Assembly (NCBI GenBank): GCA_965219455.1
Contig: OZ244744.1
Location: 1,984,001 to 2,048,000 of the forward strand
Direction of reading: 5' to 3'
Source: Candidatus Latescibacterota bacterium
Lineage (GTDB): Bacteria; Latescibacterota; UBA2968; GCA-2709665
DNA length: 64,000 bases
Made by a program: the position numbers and the translations under genes. A model generated the notes under the pieces. It made no database searches. It had not been told where the DNA came from and was given only the letters and a program-made list of their open reading frames with translations. Shown piece by piece: positions 1 to 11,200 of the stretch (position 1 is the stretch's first letter; each line of letters begins with the position of its first letter).

Positions 1-457
1 TTTCGAGGGGCAGTTCCTTCAGGCGTTCCGAAACAGCCGCCAGCGGGGGCGGGGCGAGCCGCGGGGCCACGAGTATTTCGCTTAAGGGATTGATGTCCGT
101 CCCGACGGGCACACGCCCCAGCAATGCGGCCTCGATGACGGTCGTTCCGCGCCCCAGGAAGGGATCGTAGACCGCGTCGCCGGGACTGGTGAGCCGCTCG
201 ATGAAAAACCGGGGCAACTGTGGCTTGAAGCAGGCGCGATACGAAACCTCGTGAAGCGAATTGGCCGCTCTCTGTTTCGACGTCCAGAACTCATTGACGT
301 AGACCGGAATATCGAAGTCCGGTTCGGGGAATTCCAGGATTGCCGTTTCCTTTCGGAATTCGTCGAATGCCTCGATATCGCCGAGGAATTCTTCAAACGA
401 TAATGATCCTGTTGACGTGTCATGCTGGTCAAATAACTCTATCTGTCTTGCCGCCAC
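1..457 (-). CDS. DNA methyltransferase (N4/N6 type), N-terminal part, runs off window edge; not in ORF track
   Basis: Manual translation gives VYVNEFWTSKQRAANSLHEVSYRACFKPQLPRFFIERLTSPGDAVYDPFLGRGTTVIEAALLGR..TDINP, containing the SAM-binding DPFxGxGTT motif; GTG at 457 follows GGAGGA. Confidence 0.85.
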   Translation of the reverse strand, partial: MAARQIELFDQHDTSTGSLSFEEFLGDIEAFDEFRKETAILEFPEPDFDIPVYVNEFWTSKQRAANSLHEVSYRACFKPQLPRFFIERLTSPGDAVYDPFLGRGTTVIEAALLGRVPVGTDINPLSEILVAPRLAPPPLAAVSERLKELPLE

Positions 458-570
458 TCACATCCTCCGGAATTGCTCAGGCACCAGGCCTGGAACACAA
501 CTCAAAGCGACTCCCGCACCAACTGAAAGTCCTCATCAACGCGGCTTCTTCACTAACGGTGTAAATTCGT

Positions 571-1605
571 CTACTCCCCTTCCGAGACCTGTCGGCGGCG
601 GCGGCGGGCAAGTTCCCGCATGTCCGTAACCGTGTCCGACTCGTCCACGATCTCCCTGCCAAGAATCTCTTCCAGCACGTCTTCCAACGTCAGGATCCCG
701 GCCAGCCCGCTGTATTCGTCGATCACCGCAAAGAGGTGCTGTTTGCGTTCCAGGAACATCTCGAGAACGCGGTCCAGCGAGACCGTCTCCGAGACAAAGT
801 GAACCGGCTGCATCAGTTCCGAAATGGGCGTTTGCCCCCGCCCGCCGGTCAGGGCGTTGAATGCATCCCGGCGCATCACGACGCCGATCACATCCTCGAA
901 TTCATTCTCGTAAACGGGAACCCGGCTGTACGGCCAGACGCCCGCCTCTTTCTGGGCCTGTTCCACGGTCAGATCCGCGCTCAACGCGAATACGACCGTT
1001 CGCGGCGTCATCACGTCCTTCGCGGTCTTGCGTTTCAGCGAAAGGATATTCTGCATCACGCGGGCTTCATCGGGTTGTATGGCACCGGTCCTCCTGCCCA
1101 TGCGCGCCATAACGGTGATCTCTTCCTCGGAGACCTCCTGGCTTGCCAGACCTTTTGAAAACGCACGGGTCACCAACCGGCACATCTCCACAAGTGGGTA
1201 CAGAACCCAGACCAGAAATTGGAGTGGCATCGCGACAAAGCCGGCCAGGGATCGGCTGTAAACCACGCCTACGGTCTTGGGGATGACTTCGGAGAGGACC
1301 AGGACGGACAGTGTGATAAAAACGGTGAAATAATGCTCCGATTGCCCTCCGAAAACCTTGACAAACGCCGCGCCGGCCACAAACGCGCCGCCGGTATTGG
1401 CGATGGTGTTCAGTGACAGGATGGCCGAGATGGACCGATCGACGTTTCGCATTCGCAGGTCTTTCAGGATCCGGCCAGAGGCGGTTCCCCTCTGTGCAAG
1501 GCTCTCGACATAACTGACGGGAACGGCGTAGAGAACCGCCTCGAAGAGCGAGCACATCGCGGAGACGACGATAACGGCGGTTACCGCAATAACAAGCTCA
1601 AACAA
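571..1605 (-). CDS. CNNM/DUF21 + CBS-pair (hemolysin-like) membrane protein
   Basis: CSLFEA, EVIPKT, DVMTPR, YSRVPVY, VIDEYSG, TLEDVLEEILGREIVDESD motifs. Confidence 0.9.
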   Translation of the reverse strand: MFELVIAVTAVIVVSAMCSLFEAVLYAVPVSYVESLAQRGTASGRILKDLRMRNVDRSISAILSLNTIANTGGAFVAGAAFVKVFGGQSEHYFTVFITLSVLVLSEVIPKTVGVVYSRSLAGFVAMPLQFLVWVLYPLVEMCRLVTRAFSKGLASQEVSEEEITVMARMGRRTGAIQPDEARVMQNILSLKRKTAKDVMTPRTVVFALSADLTVEQAQKEAGVWPYSRVPVYENEFEDVIGVVMRRDAFNALTGGRGQTPISELMQPVHFVSETVSLDRVLEMFLERKQHLFAVIDEYSGLAGILTLEDVLEEILGREIVDESDTVTDMRELARRRRRQVSEGE

Positions 1606-1683
1606 GTCTGTTCACCTCCTGCACACAAAGAAAGAGCCGTGAGTATATAGTCTCGGAAAATCGTGGGACCGCGCGATCCAGGG

Positions 1684-4422
1684 TCAATCCCCGGAATCAC
1701 GCCGTCCAAATTGAGCCGCAAGGATGAGGAAATCACGAAACCCCACCTCGCCGTCGACGTTCAGGTCGAACCTGGCGTCCCATCCCGCCGTACCAGCGCG
1801 GGACCCGAACGCCCGCGCGAAAGCCACGAAGTCGCTGAAACCCACCGTACCGTTCCCGTCGAAGTCCCCCCGCAAACCAACGGGCGCCTCCTGGAAAGTC
1901 GGCAGCCAGGCCCCGTTCGTCAGGACGAATTCTCCCTCGCCTTCCGAGAAGTCGCGCAACCGACCGGACGCGTCGCGGTACCGAAGCATGTCCAGAACCC
2001 GGGCCCTGCGTCCCGCGGTTCCATCCAGCGTAATCACGACGGCCCGCCCGTCGGTCTCGAGCCCATCCACCGCGACCACCTCGTCCGTTCGATTGAAGCC
2101 CACGCGGGTACTGTCCGCAAACGTCACCAGCAGGAGGCGCGGCATGATCTCCAGCGCCGGACGCGTCGCCGCGGGGCCCAGGTACAACGCCGCCACAACC
2201 GGCGTGGCGGTCACCGGACCGGTCGTCAATGCGAGCTGTCCGATCCGGGGGTGGTAGTCCGGCCGAAGGATATTGTTCCAGACAGGCTCGTAGCGGTCAA
2301 TCCGTACGTCCATGCCAGCCGGCGTCAGTAGATTGATCAGCAGCGAGGCGCCTCCGTAGGAAGCCTCAAACCGCCCCTCGCCCGCCGACACTATCTCCGC
2401 GTCCTCATCGAAATGCAGCAGCCACGTGAACCGCCGCGGTCGTTCCGCCTCCAGGTGATCGGCAATCAAGACCCGCTGGCGGTCCACCATCAATATCTGG
2501 CGCGTAAAGCGCTTCAGACCCAACTGGGGCGGGTACGCCGATGCCGCTTCCCCCCGCACATAGGGAAACTGCGTGGAAGCGTACCCGATGTGCGCCCACC
2601 CCGGATACCAGCGCGGCCACCGCTCTCCGTCGCCGTACTGCCCCTGCCCGTCCACCAGAACCGTATTGTGGTTCGCCGTTTCCTTCTTCAGCGTATAGCC
2701 CGGGTCAATCACCAGTTCCTTCCCGCTGCCGTAAAGCACAAAGCTGTTCTGCGCGGGATGGTTGTGCCCCACACCGCCGATCCAGGGATACGCCTCGATC
2801 AGACGAGCCAGTGTGTGCCCGCCCAGCGGCCGAGCGCCAAGCGCGAACATTGTGGCCTCCGGCCGCCACGAGGTCCGTGCAAAGTACATCTCCACGTCCG
2901 GGTAATAGGCCAGCTTCGGCATCAGCTCGTCCAGCGTTCCGACCGCCGTGCCCATGTCCCCGGCCAGTGCCTTCAACGTCCACCAGTGGGTACTCTGCCT
3001 GCCCGCGTGAATCAACTCCGCAATACGAAACAGCCGGGCGTCGCCATTGCGCCCGGCCAGCCAGTGCAGCCGTTCCATCGAGGGTACAACTCCGGGCCGG
3101 AACGTATCTTCAATCGCCGCGCCCGAATGCAGATCGGGATAGACGTAATGGATCGGAAAATAGCCTGTCTTCCTCAGCCACGCGTCCGCATGGGCGATGG
3201 TCCGCCCCGTTGTATGCTCATACAGGTCGATCCATCGAAACAGCGACCCCACGGAGAAGTTCCAGTAGGCAGGCCCCTCGTGGAACCCCCCGTCCTCCGC
3301 AAAGGTCTTCAGCGTCCCCTGCAGGCGGTCCCAGCTCCAGGCCATCCACATCTCGGCCTCGGGGACCTCGCCGTAAAGTGCGGCGCCAGCCACGCCGATG
3401 GCGTAATTGTCGAACCAGTAATGGTTCTGCTGCACCGTGCGCGCCCAGTACATCCGCTCCATAAAGGACGCCTCGAACATGAGTCGGGCCTGGTACGCCA
3501 GCTTCTCCCGGATGATCCGCCGCTCCTCCTCCGTGAACCAGTGGTAGAGCCAGTCGTAGGCGACCGCGGTCCCGTGGATCATATAGGCCGCGTCCAGGTC
3601 CAGATCCGGCGTGCTGTGCGACCAGCCGTCCGGGAGCCATTTATCGTATGTACAGATCGTGAGAACGTGTCGCCGGATTGCCTCGAAACGCTCGGTCGCA
3701 TCAGGGGAATTTCCCAGCAGGCACGGGATCGCCTGGTTCTCGATGCGCCACGCCCACCCCGCGCGCTTTGGCGGACCCGAGTTGGGAGGCGGCGTGCCTC
3801 GCAACATCCCCTGGAGACGGTAGAGCCGCTGTCCGGCTGCGCTGCGCCGTGCGTTGCGCAAACGCTCGGCGTCCCACCGCGTCACAAACAGACGCGGGCG
3901 CTCTTCCGCCAGGTCGGGCCGGATAACCGATGCCGCATCGACCTGTGCCGTCAGATGCGTCAGCTTCAGGCGAGCCACGCTGACACCGGGCCGTTCCCGC
4001 AGCACAAGGCGTATGTTCGTTTTTCCCGGCACATCCAGTCGAAAACCCCGATACGCCTCCCCGTACGCGCCCTTGGGCAATACGATCGGCTGCGGCTGCC
4101 GCTCTCCGTTCACCTCCAGCCAGAACGAATCGGTTGACGTCGACGGGGCCGAGCAGAGAACGCTCAGGCGGTAGATCCCCGGCATCAGATCCGGGTTGAG
4201 TGTCAACGCGAAATCCGCCCCGAGCGTGCGAACCACCGTTCCCACCTCCCGCCGGACCAGGTCGAACCCCCCTGAAGCAACCTGTCTGAGCGCTTCACCC
4301 TCAGCTGAAAAGAGTACGTCTTCCTGGATCAGATCGCTCGTCGACGGATCGTCCGGCAGGGCAAACGCTGGGCTTTCCATCAAAAATGCAAAGAAAAGGA
4401 CCAAAAGGAAATAACGCAGCAT
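1684..4422 (-). CDS. Secreted heparinase II/III-like (DUF4962) lyase-fold protein with C-terminal dockerin/EF-hand-like duplicated repeat
   Basis: Signal peptide MLRYFLLVLFFAFLMESPAFA; RPRLF, QNHYW, DGGFHEGPAYW, GHNHPAQNSF, HNTVLVDGQGQ; C-terminal GDFDGNGTVGFSDF and DLNVDGEVGFRDF; start moved to ATG 4422. Confidence 0.8.
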   Translation of the reverse strand: MLRYFLLVLFFAFLMESPAFALPDDPSTSDLIQEDVLFSAEGEALRQVASGGFDLVRREVGTVVRTLGADFALTLNPDLMPGIYRLSVLCSAPSTSTDSFWLEVNGERQPQPIVLPKGAYGEAYRGFRLDVPGKTNIRLVLRERPGVSVARLKLTHLTAQVDAASVIRPDLAEERPRLFVTRWDAERLRNARRSAAGQRLYRLQGMLRGTPPPNSGPPKRAGWAWRIENQAIPCLLGNSPDATERFEAIRRHVLTICTYDKWLPDGWSHSTPDLDLDAAYMIHGTAVAYDWLYHWFTEEERRIIREKLAYQARLMFEASFMERMYWARTVQQNHYWFDNYAIGVAGAALYGEVPEAEMWMAWSWDRLQGTLKTFAEDGGFHEGPAYWNFSVGSLFRWIDLYEHTTGRTIAHADAWLRKTGYFPIHYVYPDLHSGAAIEDTFRPGVVPSMERLHWLAGRNGDARLFRIAELIHAGRQSTHWWTLKALAGDMGTAVGTLDELMPKLAYYPDVEMYFARTSWRPEATMFALGARPLGGHTLARLIEAYPWIGGVGHNHPAQNSFVLYGSGKELVIDPGYTLKKETANHNTVLVDGQGQYGDGERWPRWYPGWAHIGYASTQFPYVRGEAASAYPPQLGLKRFTRQILMVDRQRVLIADHLEAERPRRFTWLLHFDEDAEIVSAGEGRFEASYGGASLLINLLTPAGMDVRIDRYEPVWNNILRPDYHPRIGQLALTTGPVTATPVVAALYLGPAATRPALEIMPRLLLVTFADSTRVGFNRTDEVVAVDGLETDGRAVVITLDGTAGRRARVLDMLRYRDASGRLRDFSEGEGEFVLTNGAWLPTFQEAPVGLRGDFDGNGTVGFSDFVAFARAFGSRAGTAGWDARFDLNVDGEVGFRDFLILAAQFGRRDSGD

Positions 4423-4494
4423 ATATCCGGCTCCCCAATCACTCCCCGAAAATCCAGAGCCGACACGTCGCCTTCGTCCTGCCACCGAACGCTA

Positions 4495-7400
4495 TCACAA
4501 CGTGGAGAACGCCACAATCGAGCCGTCCTCACACCCCAGCACCAGCCGTCCCTCCGCGAAGGCCGAGGCGGTCACACCCGCAGGCAGCACTCCCAATAAC
4601 GCCGTCTCCCCGTCTCCACTCACCCGCAGAACGCGGCCGTCCACGCACACCACAGCGGCTGTACTGCCCATGCGGACGACCCGCGCCGCGCCAGGGGCTA
4701 CGTCCACCGTCCACATCGGCGCACCCCCCGGGCCAAAGCCGATTGCCGTCGGCCCTTCCGTAGCAGCAAAAAGGACCTTCTCTCCGGAACCGTCCAGGAG
4801 CGCCAGCCCCGCCGGCACCTCGCCCAGGCAGTGGCCCCATCGCCTCGCCTTCTCTGCAAAGCTGTGCACCCTCAGGTTCTCCTGCCGATTGACCGCGCAG
4901 GCCACCTCCACCAGCCCGTCGCCGTCCAGGTCCGCAATCAGCACATCCTTCACCTGCGACGTCCATCCCGCATTGTAAAAGGTATGCTTCTGCTGTCCGT
5001 CGACACCGATCACGCGACAGACGCTGCCGGACGACAGGATGTCGCACCCCCCTACAATCTCCTTTTTCCCGTCCCCGTCCAGATCGTACGTCTCAAAGGT
5101 CAGGAACGTTCCATGGTCCGTGCGGTACTCCCACCGCTCATTTCCCTCCGCGTTCACCAGGTGCAGCCGCATATTGCCGGGTGTCACAACCACCTCACCG
5201 CTGCCGTCGCCGTCCAGGTCTTCCACCCACACGCGTTTGATACTCGATTTGTACCAGGACCAGTAGTCCCAGTACTGGTTGCCGTATTCGGGGTGATACC
5301 GCCAGATCTCCTCGCGGGTGGCGGCATCCAGCGCGCGCACGAACGTGTCCTCGCATCCCAGAACGATCCGGGCGGGGTCCCCCTCGCACAGCACCCCGGT
5401 GTGGACCGTATTGACCGGACTACCCGTCTCAAGAGTCCACGCGCACGCCCCATCCAAACCGAAGGCCACCAGCGCGTCTCCCTCACACGCGGCCAGCACC
5501 ACGTCCCCTCCTGCAATATGCAGGGCATTGATTCGCCCTTTCCCCCGCGCGGTCCACGCGGGCAACGGGGTCTTTGAATCCGATTGCAACGGGGCAACCG
5601 CCTCCTGTCCGCCGGCCCCGTCGAAAAGAACATCCGGATCGGGAATGGCGCCGGCCCCGACGTTGAGCGTGTGAACGGCTCCGCCGTCCAGCTCGCGTTC
5701 GCCCGACGCCCCCTCCCCATCGCGCCATAGAACCGCCAGGTCTTCGGAGGCATCCACCGCAAGCCTGCCCGATGCATCCAATTCCACGCCGCACGGCCTG
5801 GAAAACTGAACCGATAGCCCGCCAACTTTCAACGCCGTGCAGTTCGCCGCAAAAACACCCGCCCGCCAGACCGCCAGCAGGTCACACACCGCGTGCAGGC
5901 CATCCGCCCGCACCACCCCCGTGCAAATCGCAAAAGTCGCTTCCGGTGCTTTCACCCGCACCCATCCCGACGCGTTGCACTGCGCCTCAACCCGGTCTCC
6001 AACCCGATCCCCGGACCGTGCGTACAACAGATTAACAAAACGCATTGCATCGCCCGCCCCCAACACGTCACTCCGGCTCTGATACAGCTCCGTGAGCAGC
6101 GTCCGGTCCGTTCTCAATTGCTCGCCGAGCTCAGGATCATAGCCCGACTTCCACGACGCCGTGGGGCCGTAGAACGCCTCCTGGGTGCGGCAGGCCTGTC
6201 CCGACAGATTCTGAACCACAAAATCGGTCCGGCTGCCCTTCCACTCACTCTGGTGGAAAATACATGCATGATCCGACAGCTCCGGCTGTCCCAGACTGAA
6301 CCAGCGGCAACTACCGCTGTAGGTTGCCCTGTCCCGCGCGACCAGGCGGTCCACCACCAGGAAAAAATCTCCCTTCTTCCAGAGCAGCATCCGCGTCCAG
6401 TCCATACCCACATAGTCCGGTAGCGTCGTGGCGGAGAACCCGAACGTACGCAGATCCGCCTTCCCGTCCATCCGGCAGTAGCTTGGAAGTTCCTCCCCCA
6501 ACCCGTTCCGCGTTACCGTCACCATATTGTGATACTTGGGTGCGGTAAAATAAAGCTGGTCCGCGGACAGCAGCAGAAACCGGTCGTCCTGCGTGAGTGT
6601 GAGAATGGCATTGGCGTCCTCGTAGGAATGCGACCCTCCGCCCGTGCCGTCCAGGATCAGATACTGTGACGTCTTCTCCCAGCCACTCCGCATTGTCAGA
6701 ATATCGAATGTCTTCCCATACGGCACGCCCGGAGGCCTGAGCGCAACCGCGCCGGGAGAATGCTTGGGAATATCGTAATACAGCCGGTCCAGCGGAAACA
6801 CGCGCGTTCCAACCTGATCGCCAGGCGGCGCCACCTCCACCCCCGCATCGTAGAGCTGTCGGCACGGCATCAGGCCGCCGGAGGGTGCAATCTCGGGCGC
6901 CATATTTTCCAGGGCATAGCGCAGCCCGGCATCCCGCAGATAGAAGGACACCTGGGCCAGGAACCAGTTCGGATACGACTTCACGTCTCCGTCTCCTATG
7001 GTAGCGGCAAACCCGTTGCTCGTACAGTTCCCCACTGCGCGGTCCGCTGCCAGGCGCGCCATTCCATTGTCGAAAAACACCGTATTCCCCGTCAGCAGGG
7101 CATAGGTCGCGAAATCCCCGATGCTCTGGTTCCACCCGTGGGCGTTGTCGTCGCAGATCTGTTTGGAACAATAGGCGCCGATACGGAACAGCTCGTCAAC
7201 AAGCGCACGCCATTCCCGAGCTTCGGGAAGACGATAGTGCCGCTCAAAATAGATCGACCCGAACAGCACGCCCAGCGCGCACCGCGTCTGGTGGTTCTGG
7301 CGCGGCAGCTCCGACCCGGCCGAATGGCGCAGGCCTCTATTCTCCGCCCCTTCGGGTGACACCAGCACATTGTACAGAAAACGGACGATCTTCAGCCGGT

Positions 7401-8166
7401 CCGCCTCGGAAAACACATCACAAGTCTCCACGATCGGCCACATCATCATCACCGGCCAGAATCCCAGGTGAAGCTGGCTTTCTGGCGTGTGCAGCACCGG
7501 CGTCTCCATCAATGCCATCAGACCCTGTTTCAGCCCCTCCGCGATTCTTGTGTCTCCGCTTCGCAAATATGCCCACGCCGCCGATGGAACGTGCGACAGT
7601 CCCCCGTATCCCGTAAAATCGTAGACCCACCCTTCGGGGGTGGGACCGACGCTTGCCCAGCGCGCCACGTCCTCCACCTCCATTGGTCCGGACGACCCGT
7701 AGACCACTTCGTAGAGTCCGGGGATGCCCGCTTCAGCTCCGGCAATAACGCCCTCCAGGCGTGCGACAGCCGCATCCAGACCCACGTCGTCCGCGGCTCC
7801 CACCACGAGCGCGTTACGTCCCGTCCCCCACGGGTCCCAAACCGTGGTCAGCACGTACCCCCCTCGGCCCGGGTAGGCCCCGTCCACGAATGTCAACCAT
7901 CGATAGTAGAGGTACTCGATCCCCCGGTTGTCTCCCAGGCTGCCCACGAGAATCGCGTGGCGTTCCGGCCGGATATCCCACGCGGCGTACGCCGAATCGC
8001 CCGCCACGACGACCTCCGAACCGCACGCCCGCGCCAACGCCCCTGCGATGCGCAGGGCAGCGGCCTGCTGAGCGTCTCCGCCACCGGCCACCACCTCCAC
8101 AGCCCGCGCGTCGAACGGAATCTCCAGCGACATCTGCTTCACTTCACCAATCCTGTGCCCGCCCAT
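4495..8166 (-). CDS. Large heparinase II/III-like lyase-fold protein with C-terminal PQQ/FG-GAP beta-propeller
   Basis: RQNHQT, MRSGW, HSYEDAN, HNMVTV; C-terminal DLDGDG repeats; paralog of 8212-11949; start may be 8133. Confidence 0.7.
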   Translation of the reverse strand: MGGHRIGEVKQMSLEIPFDARAVEVVAGGGDAQQAAALRIAGALARACGSEVVVAGDSAYAAWDIRPERHAILVGSLGDNRGIEYLYYRWLTFVDGAYPGRGGYVLTTVWDPWGTGRNALVVGAADDVGLDAAVARLEGVIAGAEAGIPGLYEVVYGSSGPMEVEDVARWASVGPTPEGWVYDFTGYGGLSHVPSAAWAYLRSGDTRIAEGLKQGLMALMETPVLHTPESQLHLGFWPVMMMWPIVETCDVFSEADRLKIVRFLYNVLVSPEGAENRGLRHSAGSELPRQNHQTRCALGVLFGSIYFERHYRLPEAREWRALVDELFRIGAYCSKQICDDNAHGWNQSIGDFATYALLTGNTVFFDNGMARLAADRAVGNCTSNGFAATIGDGDVKSYPNWFLAQVSFYLRDAGLRYALENMAPEIAPSGGLMPCRQLYDAGVEVAPPGDQVGTRVFPLDRLYYDIPKHSPGAVALRPPGVPYGKTFDILTMRSGWEKTSQYLILDGTGGGSHSYEDANAILTLTQDDRFLLLSADQLYFTAPKYHNMVTVTRNGLGEELPSYCRMDGKADLRTFGFSATTLPDYVGMDWTRMLLWKKGDFFLVVDRLVARDRATYSGSCRWFSLGQPELSDHACIFHQSEWKGSRTDFVVQNLSGQACRTQEAFYGPTASWKSGYDPELGEQLRTDRTLLTELYQSRSDVLGAGDAMRFVNLLYARSGDRVGDRVEAQCNASGWVRVKAPEATFAICTGVVRADGLHAVCDLLAVWRAGVFAANCTALKVGGLSVQFSRPCGVELDASGRLAVDASEDLAVLWRDGEGASGERELDGGAVHTLNVGAGAIPDPDVLFDGAGGQEAVAPLQSDSKTPLPAWTARGKGRINALHIAGGDVVLAACEGDALVAFGLDGACAWTLETGSPVNTVHTGVLCEGDPARIVLGCEDTFVRALDAATREEIWRYHPEYGNQYWDYWSWYKSSIKRVWVEDLDGDGSGEVVVTPGNMRLHLVNAEGNERWEYRTDHGTFLTFETYDLDGDGKKEIVGGCDILSSGSVCRVIGVDGQQKHTFYNAGWTSQVKDVLIADLDGDGLVEVACAVNRQENLRVHSFAEKARRWGHCLGEVPAGLALLDGSGEKVLFAATEGPTAIGFGPGGAPMWTVDVAPGAARVVRMGSTAAVVCVDGRVLRVSGDGETALLGVLPAGVTASAFAEGRLVLGCEDGSIVAFSTL

Positions 8167-8211
8167 CTTTGCACCTCTCGCAGATATAACCGACTGCCTT
8201 CCCCAAAACCC

Positions 8212-11200
8212 TCACACGCCCAGCACCGAAAGCGTCCCATCCGACCCGCCAAGGATCAGGTGGCCCCTGCCGTCCGCAGCCAGGACGTGAACCGCGCCAC
8301 CCGCCCGGTGGCTGGCAATAGGCGTGCCCTCTCCGTCCAGGACCCACACGGTCCCGTCGTCACACCCCGCGACGATCTTCGCACCCCCGTTCAGATCACC
8401 GACCATCACCTGCAGCACGGGGGCGCCCAGGTTACGTCGCCACCGCTCCGTACCGTGCTCATCCAGCAAATAGAGATAAAAACAGTCAGACCCGACCACG
8501 ACCTCCGGCCTGCCGTCCCCATCCACGTCGACGGTGCAAACCGCGTTGACTTCCTCTCCAACCCGTTGCTTCCAGAGTGTCTCCAATCGACCGCCTGCCA
8601 GTCTCAATGCATAGACGTTCGACCGGTTCGTCCCGCACACAATCAGGTGATCCGCCCCCTGTACCCACACGTCGCACGCAGGCATCATCGACGCCCACCC
8701 GTCCAGCCCGTCGCTTGCATAATGGCCGCCGTCGGCGTCCAGCACGTAGCAGGACCCCCCGCAGGTGATCCGGCCCGGGCCGCCGATCACCTCCTGCCGC
8801 CCGTCTCCATTGATATCAGCAACACGTAGCGGCGCAAAAATCCCGTAAATCATAAAACTCCACCGCTCGTTTCCATCCTCGTCAAAACAGTGGAGCTTCC
8901 GGTCCGAGACCGCCGCCAGGATATCTGTCCGTCCGTCTCCACGCAGGTCGGCCGCCGTCACGAATTCCACCGCGGAATTCCGGGCGTACCGGTCCCACGT
9001 TCCTCTGTAAATCTCAAAGGCGTGTGACCACCGCACGCCGCCGCCTTCCTCCAGCAGATAGAGGCGCCGGTCGTCCGCGCCCGCAATCACACAACGCCGG
9101 CCGTCAAGTTCCACCGCACACACCGAAAGAACGCTCCCCTCCGCCTGGAAGGACCAGGCCGGCTTTCCGTTTTCATCCAGAGCCGCCACCCGTCCATCCT
9201 CCGTACCCAGGACCACCCCGTCCGCGCCGGCAGCGGCGCAGCGCACACCCGAACCGGCATCGTATGTCCAAATCCTGCGCAACCCGGGAACAGACGAAGC
9301 CTGCGCACGTGCCGGAGGACTCGCGTCCCAACCCCGCAGGTCCGCAACCCGATCCAGCGACAATGCACCCGCCCCGAGCCCCTGCGTTTTCACCTTTTGC
9401 CGGCCGGCCGCAACGCGTAACCTTTCTCCGCACAGCGTGATCTCAGCGGGTTCCGGCGCCACGACAACGCCGTCACCGGACTCCAGATCGAACTCGATCG
9501 AAACAGGAAGCTCGCTTTCAAAGATCCCGCCGGGCGCACACAGTAACGTCCCGTTGCACAGCGCAAACCACCCGTCGCCGGCCGCAAAGATGCCGGCGCG
9601 GCCGGAAAGAGGCCCAACCTCAAACGCGCCGGTCCCGCTCCCCGTCCCCACCACCATCCGGCCTTCCGACCCCTCAACCACCACGGCCGAATCGCCCACC
9701 CGACGCATCCGGTCGTCCACGGGCTTATGCGCATTCGACGCGTAGAACAGGTTGATAAACGTGTGCCGGTCTCCGACCGCCATCTCCCGGTTGGCCGACT
9801 CGCGCAGGATATTCACATAATCATCCGCATAGGGATATGCATCCCACCAGTGGCCGAAATTCTCCCAGTCCCGCTCCAGCGACAACCGGCCTCCACCCAC
9901 GCTCTGCAAAACAAACCGATCTTCCCGGCCGCTGTCCGGTTCTTTCTGCACCACCTCCAGCGTCCCGTCGTTCAAAGCGGGTGTCCCCAATGTGCGCCAG
10001 TGACACTGCAGCGCGAACGCACCTCCCTTTGTCGCTTCAACCTCATCCACCACCACAAAATAACGCCCCCTGCGCCACACCACGTTCCGAACCCACAACG
10101 CGCCCCAATCCCCTGTCACGGACGTCCGGCTCATTCCCACGTGACCCAGATCCGCCACACCCTCCAGCCGGCACAGTGCAGGTACTTCCCACGCCTCTCC
10201 ATCCCGGACCGCCGTCACGCCATTGTGGTGCTTAAGCGTCGGCCCCTCCGTGTACGACGCATCCACCAGGAAAATCCGATCGTTCGCCGAAAATTCCGGT
10301 ATGGTATTCCCGTCTTCGTGGCTGTGGTTGCCGTAAAAGATCCCGTGCAGCATCAGGTACTGGTCCTCCCGGCCAAACCCCTCCCGGAAACAGACCGTAT
10401 CGAACGCGTCTTCCCTTTGCAGGTTCAGCGGCTTCACCTCGCGCTCCCTCGCCTGCGGGTCTTCCGCGAAATCGTAGAACCCACCGGCGACCTCCAGCAC
10501 CTGCACCCCGGCCATCCCATCGGGGACCTCGGGCGCCAGGCCGTCGCAGAAATACTTCTCAAAACTCCGCACCAGCAACGGATCGTTCACGCTCTCGTAG
10601 CGCTCTCCCGGCGGCTGCGGCCGAAAATAGTCCGACGGCCTGTCGAACCGTTTGCCGAGCAGGAATGCCGCGCGTCCGTCCTGCAGCACATGCCCCGCTT
10701 TGACCAAAAAACTCGTCGGGTATCCTTCCATTGGAGCGCCCGTATCTCCAAACGCGGGCAGCGCACCCCGGTTGTTGCAGTAAAGCACAGCCTGGTCCAG
10801 AGACCGCTTGCAGTTTCCGTTGTCGATATACGTGGTATCCCCGCTTGCCAGCGAATAGGTCAGTATGTGGTCCAACGTCATCCACTGATAGGCGTTGGCA
10901 TCCTCAATCGGCTTGAACGACACCGCCTGCCCCTTGAACACGTCCGCGGACGCATCCATCCACTCCTTCGCATCCTCAAAACCATAGTGCGTTGAAAAAT
11001 ACCGACCCCCGAACCACGCCGCCAGCGCCACCAGCGTCTGGTGGTTCTGGCGGATCATCCGGTGTCCCACACCCTGACGGAAGAATTGGGTATACGCCCC
11101 CTCCGTGGAATCCATGATCCACAGCAGATATTGCGTGATCTTCAGCCGGTCCTCGTCCGAGAACACCGGGCTCTCCTCGATCAGGTCCCAGACCACCGCC

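Noticed and set aside
82-432. 116-aa minus-strand ORF in the track
   Set aside because: Wrong frame; the overlapping frame encodes the methyltransferase
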